Assembly (NCBI GenBank): GCA_045863395.1
Contig: BTVJ01000065.1
Span: 1 to 40,894, forward strand
Source of the DNA: Myxococcales bacterium
GTDB taxonomy: Bacteria; Myxococcota_A; UBA9042; JABWCM01; BTVJ01
Direction: 5' to 3'
DNA length: 40,894 bases
Notes under the pieces: generated by a model
Told to the model about the DNA's origin: nothing
Databases searched by the model: none
The model's input: only the letters and a program-made list of their open reading frames with translations
Shown: piece by piece, positions 1 through 8,610 of the stretch
Numbering within the stretch: the stretch's first letter is position 1
How the letters are laid out: every line of letters starts with the position of its first letter
Translations under genes and position numbers: made by a program

Positions 1-699
1 CAGTCCCCCTCCGGCGTGCTGTGATTTGCGCGGTTTCCGATGCGCGTCAACAACCTGTAACCGAGCGCGACCGGCCTTCGTCTGGAAGGCCTGCCGGCCC
101 TTGCGACGACGACGCTGGGCGCCGGGGTCCTCGTCGTCCTCCTCGTCCTGCCACTGGTGAACCTCGACGGCGACAACGATGAGCGACTTCGACTCGGCCC
201 CCCGGCCACGGTGCTCGCTGCCGTCCTCCTTGCCGCCGACGTAGACTTCGTCGACCTCCACCCAGTGGTCCGTGTGGCCCTGGTCGGTACAGAAGGAGGA
301 CAGCTTCTCACGGCCGGGGGCGAACATGGTGCCCCGCAGCTTGTGCAGCATCGTCCACGCCGTCTCGATGCGCTTAATACCAAGCTGACGCTGAAGTTCG
401 ACGCCCGAGACCCCCGGCTTGAGAGTCGCGAGGAGCCACGCGGCATAGAACCACAGGCGAAGAGGCTGCTTCGTGCGATGGAGCGCCGTGCCGGCTGTCA
501 CGCTGATCTTGTGGTGGTTGGAGCACTGCATCATGCCTGGCTTGCTCTTGACTGCAGCAGCACAGGCGCTGCCGCACTTGGGGCAGGCGTAGCCGTCGGG
601 GTAGCGCAACTCGAAGAGGTAGTCGGCGCACGCTTCGTCGGTGGCGAAGCGAGCAGCGAACTCCATGATGCTCTTCGGCGGATCGGGGTAACGGGTCAT
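1..699 (-). mobile_element. IS1595-family transposase, partial (frame open to the window edge)
   Basis: Not in the ORF track; translated by hand from ATG at 699 (GAGG RBS): MTRYPDPPKSIMEFAARFATDEACADYLFELRYPDGYACPKCG...QCSNHHKISVTAGTALHRTKQPLRLWFYAAWLL...GVSGVELQRQLGIKRIETAWTMLHKLR...VEVDEVYVGG...RGRGAESKSLIVVAVE. This is the IS1595 Zn-ribbon, HTH and first catalytic Asp (VEVDE) pattern. Confidence 0.92.
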
Positions 700-758
700 G
701 ATCAACCTCTGCCTCTGATTCGTCACCGGGGGGCAAGCCACAACAGGACGTCATAGTA

Positions 759-774
759 GGCAACCGGAAAGGCA
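759..774 (-). repeat. Candidate left terminal inverted repeat of the IS1595 element
   Basis: GGCAACCGGAAAGGCA lies about 60 bp upstream of the transposase start and resembles, from memory, ends of IS1595-type elements. The partner repeat is outside the window. Confidence 0.4.
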
Positions 775-899
775 GGATCAGAAATCCCTCTGCGCCACCC
801 CAGGTGCGTCCACAGTCTGGACGGCGCCAACGCACCAGTCTGTGTCAAGCCCCAGAAACAAACCTCCGAGACTCATTTCCCACTTGCCTTCCCGAGGAT

Positions 900-1115
900 C
901 TGCCGAGCTGCTGGGCGGGGGAGGCGAACAGTTACAGTGAACTCGCCAGTGCGACGAGCCTGGTAAGTGAGCCGGCGACCCAGAGGGACCGGATGGCGTC
1001 ACGGAGCGCGTTCAACGGACCCTCCGAAGCTGGCATGATCGTCGAGGAAGAGGCCGACCGGACAACTCGAGCCTGTCCCAATGATGGCTCCGGGCCCACG
1101 CCGTTACCTGCGTAA
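900..1115 (+). pseudogene. Possible decayed winged-HTH protein remnant
   Basis: SYSELASATSL...SRSAFNGPSEAGMIVEEEADRTTRACPN resembles an HTH recognition helix plus wing. No good start/RBS; codon usage is atypical. Confidence 0.25.
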
Positions 1116-1346
1116 CGCGATGCATGTCGTCTTGTCAAGCACCCGCCCCGCAAGCGACGTTCGCCCGCCAGGAACATGGGGTATAGCAGTTCGGTCCACG
1201 GAATCCGTGCAGGTCGAAGAGAGGCCACGAGACACGGACGTCGTGGTCCCAGGACCGCATGGGCGGCGCCGGTCGGGTCCCTCGACCGGTGCACGCAACC
1301 GGCGCACTCTTGAACGCGGAGCGTCGCCCCCGAAAGGGTGGCGTCC

Positions 1347-1815
1347 ATGGGGCCTCCCGAGAGACTGGCGTCGTTCCGAGACAGGCTGCTGGCGACGCTG
1401 CGCCTCGCGCAGCCCGTCCTGGACGTAGTTGGAGTCCTCGTGGCGGGCTCGGACGTGCCAAACCTGGTGGAGCCTGGCGCCGGAGCGACGCTCGTCGTGT
1501 CGAAGGATGTGGACATCGCCGTCCCCGTTGCCGCTCACGAGGAGGTGAAGCGCCGTCTGGCGGCCCTGAGGGGCACCCACCCAGCGAAGGACGAGCTGTC
1601 GGTGTGGGTTGCGAACGACCCGGCCCTCCTTGAGTTCAGACTCATCGGCTACGACCCGTCCTGTCAGGACCGACGGACACATGGGTGTTGGAGGACGCCA
1701 GCCTGCCGCTAATGGTGTTCGGCCTGCTGTCACTGGTGCGACCCGGCCCGGTCGTCCATGTCAACAGCTCGGGCACGCCCGCGGCGTCTGGACACGCCTC
1801 GCGCGTCTCCTGGCC
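1347..1815 (+). pseudogene. Frameshifted nucleotidyltransferase-like gene
   Basis: VLVAGSDVPNL...LVVSKDVDIAV fits a pol-beta superfamily GS...DxD motif. Protein-like sequence continues in a different frame after about 1670 (TDTWVLEDASLPLMVFGLLSLVRPG) and shifts again near 1765. Confidence 0.45.
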
Positions 1816-2052
1816 ATGCAGGAGTCGGCCTGGGTCATCGACGAGGCCGCCGCCCGAGCGCTCCGGGAGGGGGGACACGAGCCCGAGCCCGTCGGCGCAG
1901 AGCTGGAGCCGCCGAAGGAGCTGTACGTGGTGTCCGCAGCCGACCTGGAAGCCATCGGCGAGCGGGCTCCCATCCCGGTGCGGCTGGGTCCGGAGCTGCT
2001 TGGCGCCCGAACCGTCGCGCTCGTCCCGTTCGAGCTGGGTGCGAACGTCTGA
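1816..2052 (+). CDS. Small hypothetical protein (78 aa)
   Basis: MQESAWVIDEAAARALREGGHEPEPVGAELEPPKELYVV... with host-like high-GC3 codons; it is the 3' part of ORF 1609..2052. Confidence 0.5.
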   Translation: MQESAWVIDEAAARALREGGHEPEPVGAELEPPKELYVVSAADLEAIGERAPIPVRLGPELLGARTVALVPFELGANV

Positions 2053-2238
2053 CCCACGCGGGACCTTGGGGTCGCCATGGGGGCCAATCGGCATCCCAGC
2101 GCAGTCCACCACGGTGCGCCCTTCAGGCCCGCGCGTGCGCAGCTTCGCCGCCCGAGACACAACAGCGGCCGCGTGCCGGCTCGTGACGTACCCGGGTGGT
2201 CCGTGTACCCTCTCCCGTGTGGCGACGGGAGGCCGCGG

Positions 2239-3684
2239 ATGGTCGAGACGGTGGTAGTGTCCGACATGCACCTCACGGACGCTGAGCCGGTGAACCCGAA
2301 GCGCCCGCTGTGGAAGGCCTACAAGCAGGCGCGGTGGTTCTTCGACGAGGACTTCGCGCGGCTGCTCGACCACGTGGCCAGCGAAGCGGCGGGGCCCGTC
2401 GAGCTGGTCCTCAACGGCGACACCTTCGACTTCAACAACATCACGCGGCTGCCGGAGGAGCCCGAGGGGGAGATCGGGTGGCTCGCGCGGCGCAGGGGCC
2501 TCGGCGCCGAGGAGTGGATGAGCGCCTTCAAGATGGGCTGCATCATCGCGGACCACCCGGCCTGGTTCGCAGCCCTGGCGCGCTTCCTCGAGCGGGGGCA
2601 TCGGGCCGTCTTCGTCGTGGGCAACCACGACGCCGAGCTGCTCTGGCCGCGGGTCCAGGGGCTCGTTCGGGAGGCCCTCCGTGCAGACACCGACGCAGTG
2701 ACCTTCTGCAACTGGTTCACCCTGAGCGGCGACACCTACATCAGCCACGGCAACCAGTACGACCCCTACTGTGTGCTGCCGAACCCCGTGGACCCGCTCA
2801 TCGAGGTGCGCCGGCGCCCCCGCATCCGCCTGCCCTTCGGCGACCTGGCGCAGCGCTACATGCTCAACGGCATGGGCTACTTCAACCCCCACGCGACCAG
2901 CAACTTCATCATGACCGGGCGGCAGTACGCGGTGTTCTTCTTCCGCCACATGCTGCTCACCCAGCCGTTCCTGCTCTGGACGTGGTTCTGGGGGGCCATG
3001 GCGACGCTGCTCGTGTCCCTCAACGAGTTCATCCGGCCGGCCATGCGCGACCCGCTTTACGTCGACGAGAAGACGGAGGCCCTGGCCCGCGCCGCCAACG
3101 CCACGCCCTCCATGGTCCGCAAGCTCCACGCCCTGCAGGTGCCGTCCGCGTGCACGAGCCCGCTCATGGTGCTGCGCGAGCTGTGGCTCGACCGGGGGCT
3201 GCTCGCACTTGGCGTGGTGCTGCTGGCCTGGCAGATCGTGCTGATGGTCAACATGGTGCTGCCGGCCAACCCGCTCTGGGTCTTCGTGCCCCTCGCCGCC
3301 ATGTCGCCGGCGGTGATCGTGTACGCCTCGCGGGTGCGCTCCGGCCTGTTCACGGCGCCCCTGCTCACGGAGGAGCGGGCCTCTCTCATCCACCGCATCA
3401 CCGGGGCGACGCGGGTCGTCTTCGGGCACATCCACATCCCGGAGCGGCGTCAGGTGGGGCCCGTCGAGTACATCAACGGTGGCTTCTGGTCCGCCGCCTT
3501 CGCCGACCCGGCGTGCAGCCGCCGCATCGGCACGCAGACCTTCGTCTGGATTCGCCCAAGCGAGCCTGGCCGGCGGGCGGAGCTGCTCGAGTGGCCCCCG
3601 GGAGCCACGGCCCCCCGCCTCTTCCGGGATGAGGCGCCCTCCCCCGCTCTGACCGCAGCTCCTGACCCGTCTGCGGCGGGTTGA
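2239..3684 (+). CDS. Calcineurin-like metallophosphoesterase with a membrane-spanning insertion
   Basis: GGAGG RBS before ATG 2239. Motifs SDMH, NGD, GNHD, SHGN and FGHIH. Hydrophobic helices lie between motifs IV and V. Confidence 0.85.
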   Translation: MVETVVVSDMHLTDAEPVNPKRPLWKAYKQARWFFDEDFARLLDHVASEAAGPVELVLNGDTFDFNNITRLPEEPEGEIGWLARRRGLGAEEWMSAFKMGCIIADHPAWFAALARFLERGHRAVFVVGNHDAELLWPRVQGLVREALRADTDAVTFCNWFTLSGDTYISHGNQYDPYCVLPNPVDPLIEVRRRPRIRLPFGDLAQRYMLNGMGYFNPHATSNFIMTGRQYAVFFFRHMLLTQPFLLWTWFWGAMATLLVSLNEFIRPAMRDPLYVDEKTEALARAANATPSMVRKLHALQVPSACTSPLMVLRELWLDRGLLALGVVLLAWQIVLMVNMVLPANPLWVFVPLAAMSPAVIVYASRVRSGLFTAPLLTEERASLIHRITGATRVVFGHIHIPERRQVGPVEYINGGFWSAAFADPACSRRIGTQTFVWIRPSEPGRRAELLEWPPGATAPRLFRDEAPSPALTAAPDPSAAG

Positions 3685-3779
3685 GGCTCAGGCCCGGGTC
3701 GGGGCCAGCGCTGCTCGCCACGCACGAGACGAGCCGAAGCGCCGCCACGGGTCTGGCCTGTGGGCTTGCTTCGCCCCCG

Positions 3780-3800
3780 AGCATCCCGTATCAGGATGCT
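3780..3800. promoter_or_regulatory. Inverted repeat AGCATCC-N7-GGATGCT, candidate operator or leader hairpin
   Basis: Perfect 7-bp arms ending 24 bp upstream of the ATG at 3825. Confidence 0.4.
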
Positions 3801-3824
3801 TTCACCGTCACCGCAGAGGTCTCC

Positions 3825-4175
3825 ATGCGCAGGTCACGGCTGTTTCACGCCGTCGTCGTCATCGGGTGCTCCCTGGGGGCAGCAGCGTGCGACGGCGAGG
3901 TCTCCGGGGAAGACGCCCTCTCGGGCACGCCTGCGTACGGCAAGGGCCACCCGGGCTCGCTTGCCCGAACCGACGAGGACGCATCCGTGGCGGGGGATCC
4001 GCACGCGGGGCACGGCGCTGGGGCGCAGGATGCGTCGGCCTCGGGGGGCGCGTCGGGCGCCGGCGACAATCGCGCCACCGGCGACGGCTCTGGGGCGGGT
4101 GACGCCCGCGAAGCCACGGACGCGGTGCAGGATGGCGAGCCTGGGGAGGAGGACGGATGGCAGCCGACGAAGTAG
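3825..4175 (+). CDS. Small low-complexity lipoprotein, candidate RiPP-like precursor (116 aa)
   Basis: GAGGT RBS; signal peptide with lipobox (MRRSRLFHAVVVIGCSLGAAA-C); G/A/D/S-rich disordered body with DPHAGHG; C-terminal GWQPTK contains the only Trp. Confidence 0.75.
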   Translation: MRRSRLFHAVVVIGCSLGAAACDGEVSGEDALSGTPAYGKGHPGSLARTDEDASVAGDPHAGHGAGAQDASASGGASGAGDNRATGDGSGAGDAREATDAVQDGEPGEEDGWQPTK

Positions 4176-4966
4176 CCTTCGACCCGGCGGGACGCTGGGG
4201 CGGGCGCCTGACCTCCAGGGACCTGCCCGACGACCCCACCGTCGAGGCGCTGCCCGCCGCAGACCGCGCGGAGCTCGCCACCCACTGGCTGCAGCGCGGT
4301 GCGTCCGAGCTGCGGGTCGGAGAGTCCTTCGCCGTCATCCGGGACGCCCTGGCGGAGCACGGCTCCGACCACCTGGCCGCCCTTGCCGCACGGGCGGTCG
4401 ACGACGAGGCACGGCACGCCCAGCTGTCGCGCGTCGTCGCCTCCCGCTACGCCGGCGTGGAGCTGGCCCCGCTGCCCCGCCTGCCCCACTCCGTTCCAGC
4501 GCACGCATCCGCGCCTCCCGCGCTGCGCCGCTCCCTGTGGGTGGTCGGGCAGTGCTGCCTCAACGAGACCATCGCGACCGCGGTCCTGGAGGCGTCCTTC
4601 GCTGCGACGCGCGCTCCGCTGGCCCGCGCCGCGCTCCGGGAGCTGCTCGCCGACGAGGTGGACCACGCGCGCATCGGCTGGGCCCACCTGGCCGAGCTCG
4701 ACGCAGGCGTCCGGGACTCCCTCGGCCCGTGGCTCCTCCCGCTGACCCGCGCCAACGTCCGCATGTGGCGCACCACCCCGCGAGACTACCCGAGCCGGCC
4801 CGAGCTGGTGGAGCACGGAGCGCTGACCCGAGAGCTCCTGGAAGGCGCCATCCAGGCGGCGCTGCGAGACCTCGTGATCCCGGGCTTCACCCGCCTGGAG
4901 CTCCAGACCGAGCCCCTGCGCCGCTGGGCGGACGCGGGCACGCCGACCGAGCAGGAGACGCCATGA
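4157..4966 (+). CDS. Ferritin-like four-helix diiron protein
   Basis: Ligand pattern E / ExxH / E / ExxH in RGASEL, DDEARH, CCLNET and DEVDH. No signal peptide. Start overlaps the upstream gene by 19 nt, with GGAGGAGG RBS. Confidence 0.85.
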   Translation: MAADEVAFDPAGRWGGRLTSRDLPDDPTVEALPAADRAELATHWLQRGASELRVGESFAVIRDALAEHGSDHLAALAARAVDDEARHAQLSRVVASRYAGVELAPLPRLPHSVPAHASAPPALRRSLWVVGQCCLNETIATAVLEASFAATRAPLARAALRELLADEVDHARIGWAHLAELDAGVRDSLGPWLLPLTRANVRMWRTTPRDYPSRPELVEHGALTRELLEGAIQAALRDLVIPGFTRLELQTEPLRRWADAGTPTEQETP

Positions 4967-5850
4967 GCCGCGCGTTCGCCACGGCCCTCGCCCTGAGCCT
5001 TGGAGCATGCGGCGCGGCGGATCCAGAGCCCTCGAACCCGGCGGCGGAGTACGCCCCGACCGGGCACACCGTCGAGGTGGACCTGGAGATCGAGGAGATC
5101 GACTGGGAGGTCGCCCCCGGGGCCATCTACGGCGCCGTCGCCTACAACCGCTCGGTTCCGGGCCCGATCATCGAGGCGACGGCGGGCGACCGCATCCGCA
5201 TCCGCCTGACGAACCGCACCGGCACGCCGCGCAGCATCCACACGCACGTGGTGCACTTCACCGAGAACAGCGACGGGACCAAGAAGGGCGTGGCCCAGCC
5301 CGGCGAGACCATCACCGTGGAGTGGGAGGCCGTGCATCCGGGGACCTTCCCGTACCACGACCACGCGGGCCACGGCGAGGCGGAGGGGATGGCGGCGGGC
5401 CTGATCGGCGCCCTGGTGGTGCACGACCCGAAGGCTCCCGCAGCGCAGGTCGAAAACGTGGTCGTGTTGTCGGACCTCGACATGAGCCGCTTCAAGACGC
5501 TCCCACCCATGGACCACGCGAGCGGCGACGGCGGCCACCACTTCATGCACGTGATCAACGGCCGCGCCTACGAGCAGTGGGTGCCCACGTTCGGCGCCAA
5601 GGTCGGCGACCGGGTCCGCTGGCGCGTCCTGTCCCTGGGCACCGAGTTCCACACCTTCCACGTCCACGGCCACCGCTGGGTCGGCGCCGATGGCGTCCTC
5701 ACCGACAACATCAACCTGGGACCCGGCACCTACGCGACCTTCGACTGGGTCGAGGACAACCCCGGCTCGTGGCTCTACCACTGTCACGTCCCCTCCCACA
5801 TGGAGGGCGGTATGGTCGGCTTGTACCTGGTGGAGCCTGCGGGGCCTTGA
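4963..5850 (+). CDS. Two-domain multicopper oxidase (small laccase, SLAC-like type B), lipoprotein
   Basis: ATGA overlap with the upstream stop; lipobox LGA-C; Cu motifs SIHTH, YHDH, HTFHVHGH and YHCHVPSHMEGGM, with the T1 site in domain 2; 295 aa. Confidence 0.92.
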   Translation: MSRAFATALALSLGACGAADPEPSNPAAEYAPTGHTVEVDLEIEEIDWEVAPGAIYGAVAYNRSVPGPIIEATAGDRIRIRLTNRTGTPRSIHTHVVHFTENSDGTKKGVAQPGETITVEWEAVHPGTFPYHDHAGHGEAEGMAAGLIGALVVHDPKAPAAQVENVVVLSDLDMSRFKTLPPMDHASGDGGHHFMHVINGRAYEQWVPTFGAKVGDRVRWRVLSLGTEFHTFHVHGHRWVGADGVLTDNINLGPGTYATFDWVEDNPGSWLYHCHVPSHMEGGMVGLYLVEPAGP

Positions 5851-5911
5851 CCCCCTGTCGCACCTGGACTAGAGAGGGCGCGGGGGGCTCACCCACCCAC
5901 GGAGGCGACCG

Positions 5912-7555
5912 ATGCCCACCTTCCACTACCAGGAGCTGCTCCCACTCGGAGAGGATGACACGCGCTATCGCAAGCTGAGCGGCGATCACGTCACCCTCGG
6001 GACGTACAAGGGGCGCGAGGTGCTCGAAGTCGCCCCGGAGGGGCTCACGCTGCTGGCGCGCGAGGCCATGCGGGACGCGGCCCACCTGCTCCGCACGGGG
6101 CACCTGGAGCAGCTCGCCGCGATCTTGAAGGACCCGGAGGCCTCGCCCAACGACCGGTTCGTCGCGCTGGACCTGCTGAAGAACGCCGTGATCGCTGCGG
6201 AGGGCGTGCTGCCGTCGTGCCAGGACACCGGCACGGCGGTCGTGTTCGGGAAGAAGGGGCAGGCGGTGTGGACCGGCGGCTCGGACGAGGAGGCCCTGTC
6301 TCGCGGCATCTACCAGACCTACACGGAGACCAACCTGCGCTACTCCCAGGTCGCCCCGCTCTCCATGTTCGAAGAGAAGAACACGGGGACCAACCTGCCG
6401 GCGCAGATCGACCTCCTGGCCACGCCTGGCGACGACTACCGGTTCCTGTTCCTGGCAAAGGGCGGCGGCTCCGCCAACAAGACCTACCTGTTCCAGGAGA
6501 CCAAGGCGCTGCTCACGCCGGAGAGCCTGGAGCGCTTCGTCGCCGAGAAGCTCCAGACCATCGGCACGTCGGCGTGTCCTCCCTACCACCTGGCCCTGGT
6601 CATCGGCGGCACCTCCGCCGAGGCCACCATGAAGGTGACGAAGCTCGCCAGCACCAAGTACCTGGACCACCTCCCGACGACCGGCAATGAGCACGGGCGC
6701 GCCTTCCGGGACCTGGAGACCGAGGCCCTCGTGCTGCGCCTCGCCCAGCAGACGGGCATCGGCGCCCAGTTCGGGGGCAAGTACTTCGCCCACGACGTCC
6801 GCGTCGTCCGCCTGCCGCGGCACGGCGCCTCGTGCCCCGTGGGCCTGGGCGTGAGCTGCAGCGCGGACCGCAACATCAAGGGCAAGATCACGCGGGACGG
6901 CATCTTCCTGGAGGAGCTGGACCGCGAGCCGGCTCGGTTCCTACCGGGGCCCGGCGGCACGGCGGACCACGACGACGCCGTCCGCATCGACCTGAGCCGC
7001 CCCATGGCAGAGATTCGCGCCGCGCTGTCGCACCTGCCCGTCGGCACCCGGGTCATGCTCAACGGTCCGCTGGTCGTCGCCCGCGACATGGCCCACGCGA
7101 GGCTCAAGGAGCGCCTGGACCGGGGCGAGGGCCTGCCCGCGTCCTTCCTGAACCACCCGGTCTACTACGCCGGCCCCGCCAAGACCCCGGAGGGCTACGC
7201 CAGCGGCAGCTTCGGCCCGACCACCGCGGGGCGCATGGACTCCTACGTGGACCTCTTCCAGAGCCACGGCGGCTCCATGGTCATGCTCGCCAAGGGCAAC
7301 CGCAGCAAGCAGGTCACCGACGCGTGCAAGGCCCACGGCGGCTTCTACCTCGGCTCCATCGGCGGCCCGGCGGCGCGCCTGGCCAAGGACTGCATCCGCA
7401 AGGTGGAGGTCCTGGAGTACCCGGAGCTCGGCATGGAGGCCATCTGGCGCATCGAGGTCGAGGACTTCCCCGCCTTCGTCATCGTCGACGACAAGGGCAA
7501 CGACTTCTACGCGGCCTTGCGGGGCGCGTCCCTCGGCGGCGTCGCCATCCGCTAG
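5912..7555 (+). CDS. fumA: Class I fumarate hydratase (Fe-S)
   Basis: [43 protein letters not shown] and ELGMEAIW motifs. fumA and fumB cannot be distinguished from sequence alone. Confidence 0.96.
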   Translation: MPTFHYQELLPLGEDDTRYRKLSGDHVTLGTYKGREVLEVAPEGLTLLAREAMRDAAHLLRTGHLEQLAAILKDPEASPNDRFVALDLLKNAVIAAEGVLPSCQDTGTAVVFGKKGQAVWTGGSDEEALSRGIYQTYTETNLRYSQVAPLSMFEEKNTGTNLPAQIDLLATPGDDYRFLFLAKGGGSANKTYLFQETKALLTPESLERFVAEKLQTIGTSACPPYHLALVIGGTSAEATMKVTKLASTKYLDHLPTTGNEHGRAFRDLETEALVLRLAQQTGIGAQFGGKYFAHDVRVVRLPRHGASCPVGLGVSCSADRNIKGKITRDGIFLEELDREPARFLPGPGGTADHDDAVRIDLSRPMAEIRAALSHLPVGTRVMLNGPLVVARDMAHARLKERLDRGEGLPASFLNHPVYYAGPAKTPEGYASGSFGPTTAGRMDSYVDLFQSHGGSMVMLAKGNRSKQVTDACKAHGGFYLGSIGGPAARLAKDCIRKVEVLEYPELGMEAIWRIEVEDFPAFVIVDDKGNDFYAALRGASLGGVAIR

Positions 7556-7658
7556 CGCACCAGACGCGCTGTCGGGGAATGACCGCCCGGCTCCCCCGGT
7601 TTGACTCCTCGCCTTCGGTCGCCTACGGTCAAGAGGCACCCGCTCACGAGGAGGACCC

Positions 7659-8543
7659 ATGCTTCGACTGTTCCTGGCCCTGGCCGCGCTGGCCGCCGGG
7701 TCGGCCACCGCCGACACCAAGACGACCAGCGTCAGCAGCTACGCCTATGACGCGCGGGGGCGCATCCAGACCGAGCTCATCAAGTCCTACGGCCCCGACG
7801 CCGCGCTCACGTCCACGACCGACGTGCGCTACCGCTACGACGAGGCGGCGGGTCACCTCCTCGACCAGACCTGGACCACGAAGAGCCCCGGCGGCGACGT
7901 GATCTCGAGCGCGCTCACCACCCACTCGTGGCGCGACGGGGAGCTGGTGCAGACCGAGCGCTCGTGGATGAACGCGGCAGGGCGCCAGACGCGGCGCGAG
8001 GTGGACACCTGGGAGAAGGACGACTCCATCCGCCTCAAGCAGCGCCAGACCGACGTCTATGACGCCGAGGACCTGCTCGTCGAGACCCGCTACGGCATCC
8101 ACACCTTCGACACGCGGGGGCGCTCCCTGGCGCGGGACGAGTCGCGGTTCGACGCGCGGGGCCTCCAGACCGGCCGCCAGCTCGACGAGCTGCGCTACGA
8201 CACCGACGGCCGCATCGCGGGGCGCACCATCCACGACTTCGACGTCCACGACGAGATCACCAAGGTCGTCAAGGAGCGCTGGACCTGGGGCCGCCCGGCG
8301 GCCGGTGGCGGTGAGCGCCTGGAGCGCATCGACACCACGGTGAAGGACGGCGCGGGCCGCGTGCAGGAGACGTCCATCGACAAGCGGGCCTACGAGGGCG
8401 GGCGCATGGTGCAGCGCACCTGGTCCGTGTTCGACGCCACGGGAGAGATCACCCGTCAGCTCGTCGAGTCGCTGGCCTACGACGGGGCGGGTCACCTCCA
8501 GGCCCGCCGGGGCACCTGGGAGTACTTCGCCGACCCGCGCTGA
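7659..8543 (+). CDS. Secreted protein with YD/RHS-like beta repeats
   Basis: GAGGAGG RBS; Sec signal ending ATA; recurring YDARGR, YDEAAGH, FDTRGR, FDARG, YDTDGR and YDGAGH. Confidence 0.7.
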   Translation: MLRLFLALAALAAGSATADTKTTSVSSYAYDARGRIQTELIKSYGPDAALTSTTDVRYRYDEAAGHLLDQTWTTKSPGGDVISSALTTHSWRDGELVQTERSWMNAAGRQTRREVDTWEKDDSIRLKQRQTDVYDAEDLLVETRYGIHTFDTRGRSLARDESRFDARGLQTGRQLDELRYDTDGRIAGRTIHDFDVHDEITKVVKERWTWGRPAAGGGERLERIDTTVKDGAGRVQETSIDKRAYEGGRMVQRTWSVFDATGEITRQLVESLAYDGAGHLQARRGTWEYFADPR

Positions 8544-8610
8544 CCCGCTTCGCACCAGGGAACGTCGCTTCCCTTCGACCCGCCGCTTCCATCTGCTATC
8601 ATTCGCCGCC

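Noticed and set aside
157..756. 199-aa plus-strand ORF
   Set aside because: Antisense shadow of the IS1595 transposase.
843..1140. Two TGTCAAGC copies as possible IS ends
   Set aside because: Only 8 bp, in direct orientation, with no transposase between them.
3760..4962. 696-aa ORF suggesting a long N-terminal extension on the multicopper oxidase
   Set aside because: The extension is R/P/G-rich off-frame shadow of two real genes. The true start is ATG 4963, with RBS and lipobox.
4157..4966. Ferritin-like protein as a second encapsulin cargo or iron-storage ferritin
   Set aside because: No GSL-type targeting peptide; its length and operon context fit an enzyme better.
4963..5850. Copper nitrite reductase (NirK) call
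   Set aside because: The T1 Cys is in domain 2 and trinuclear-cluster HxH motifs are present, which fits a two-domain laccase.
7659..8543. RHS polymorphic toxin
   Set aside because: Too short, with no DPxG cleavage motif, toxin domain or immunity gene.
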